NCBI GenBank assembly: GCA_030324005.1
Contig: JARDVH010000031.1
Span: 56,750,821-56,814,820, forward strand
DNA length: 64,000 nucleotides
DNA from: Negaprion brevirostris
Lineage: Eukaryota
Reading direction: 5' to 3'
The position numbers were made by a program, and so were the translations under genes. Numbering within the stretch: position 1 is the stretch's first letter; every line of letters starts with the position of its first letter. The notes below the pieces were generated by a model, which worked only from the letters and a program-made list of their open reading frames with translations, was not told where the DNA came from and searched no databases. Shown piece by piece: positions 62,814 through 64,000 of the stretch.

Positions 62814-64000
62814 GCATGCTCAGACCCTATGGATTTTAAAGGGGGGAAGCTGAGCTTATCCACGTACCCAGGGTGGAAGAAATCCCACAGTTAGAGCCAG
62901 GGAGGAGTTTTGTTCAGTTGTGTAGTTACTTCAGTTTGACCTTTTGCACATATAATTATTTATTGTTGGAAATGAAGCCTTTGTTAATTCAAGCCACATC
63001 AAGTGGAGGCGGATACAGTACTAACTTTTAAGGGGCATCTTGACAAATACATGAATAGGATGGGAATTGAGGGATATGGTCCCTGGAAGCCACATTATAA
63101 TGACAACAAGGAAAAACTTTCAAAATTGTCATAAACTGCAGTGTGTACCTAGAGGGGAAGGAGACTTGAGTGTCAAGGATATGAAGAAGTGAGGTACATT
63201 CACTTAGTATTCACTTTGATTGGAAAGATCGAGCCATTTCATCCCGAAGTGGCCAACTGGGAGCAGTGCCTTGAAAGATTGCGTTACTTCTTTGTAGTGA
63301 ATAAAAGAACAGTTGAAGAGAAGCAAAAGGTTATTTTGCTTACAGACTGTGGCCCACAGACTTACAATTTGCCAGATGCTCCAGACAATTTGACCAGATT
63401 ATGGAATTGGTCCAAAATAATTTTAACCCCTGTCCCTTAGTCATTATGCTCAGATGCAAATTTCATTTGGCAATTCGAGAGGCAAGGGAGACAGTCTTAG
63501 ACTTTCTGGCCAAATTTGGAGGGTTGGTGGAACATTACAAATTCAGCACTGCTTGAAGAGAAGTGCTAAGGGACATCGTGGTGTGTAGGATAAACGGCTC
63601 AATAATACAAAAGAAGTTACCGGCTGAGACCAAAATCTCTTTAGAAAAAGTAGTGGAGCTGGCCCAGGTGACTGAATGCACGGAGCAGGGCATAAACACT
63701 TCGCAAGGCAAGCCAAACAAGGTAAATCATGAGTGGTGGGGAAAGGCTGTTGTGAATAATACCCAGGAGTGGGCCTGTGAGAGGAAGTGCAACAGTGAGG
63801 GCAGGAGCCTGTTTTCAATGTGCGGGAGAACACTCCTAAGAAGTTTGCCAATGCAGGAATTATGTGTGTTTCAGGTGCAATAGAAAAGCTCACTTAAAAT
63901 ACGGTGCCAAGTAAAATAACCAGTACAATCTGTACAAAAGAAGGATCGCGACTATTAGTTTAACTCCGTTAAAGAAATTGGATGAAGAGCCCAACAAGGG
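62690..64000 (+). mobile_element. Gypsy LTR element 5' part: LTR, decayed PBS and gag relic with two CCHC knuckles
   Basis: TG start and PBS-like tgacaacaag (a decayed tggcgacgag). Gag peptides are LIGKIEPFHPEVANWEQCLERLRYFF, LRDIVVCRIN..IQKKLPAE and CFQCAGEH..C / CFRCNRKAH. Confidence 0.8.
63000..63086 (+). mobile_element. Tail-less internal CR1 fragment in the LTR end
   Basis: ttttaaggggcatcttgacaaatacatgaatagg, flanked by aagccacat (62991-62999 and 63087-63095). Confidence 0.7.

Overview
Eukaryotic, CpG-poor, repeat-dense DNA with many N gaps. It is almost certainly from a shark or other elasmobranch, because it carries HE1/V-SINEs, a Deu-domain SINE and shark-type CR1 LINEs. No intact multi-exon gene or intact transposon ORF is present, and most entries in the ORF track are spurious or TE-derived. 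The window reads as large intron(s) of an unidentified + strand gene, with one well-formed exon at 47973-48086 and weaker candidates at about 19.9, 28.9 and 52.9 kb. It is filled with decayed CR1, Tx1, Rex1, L2 and Penelope retroelements, several SINE families, two Gypsy 5' halves, many PIF/Harbinger relics (HARBI1-like and Myb/SANT pieces) and a ~120 bp MITE family. The main points of interest are: (1) minimal hammerhead ribozyme motifs in the Penelope termini; (2) an HE1 SINE subfamily whose 3' tail appears swapped for a Rex1-like stem-loop; (3) a tRNA-head SINE with an RTE/BovB-like tail; (4) a deeply nested TE stack at 40-46.8 kb; (5) CR1 pieces at the LTR/PBS junction of both Gypsy elements; and (6) a 77 bp inverted copy of flanking DNA inside an LTR. 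All family assignments were made by eye from motifs without database searches, and boundaries are approximate unless stated as exact.
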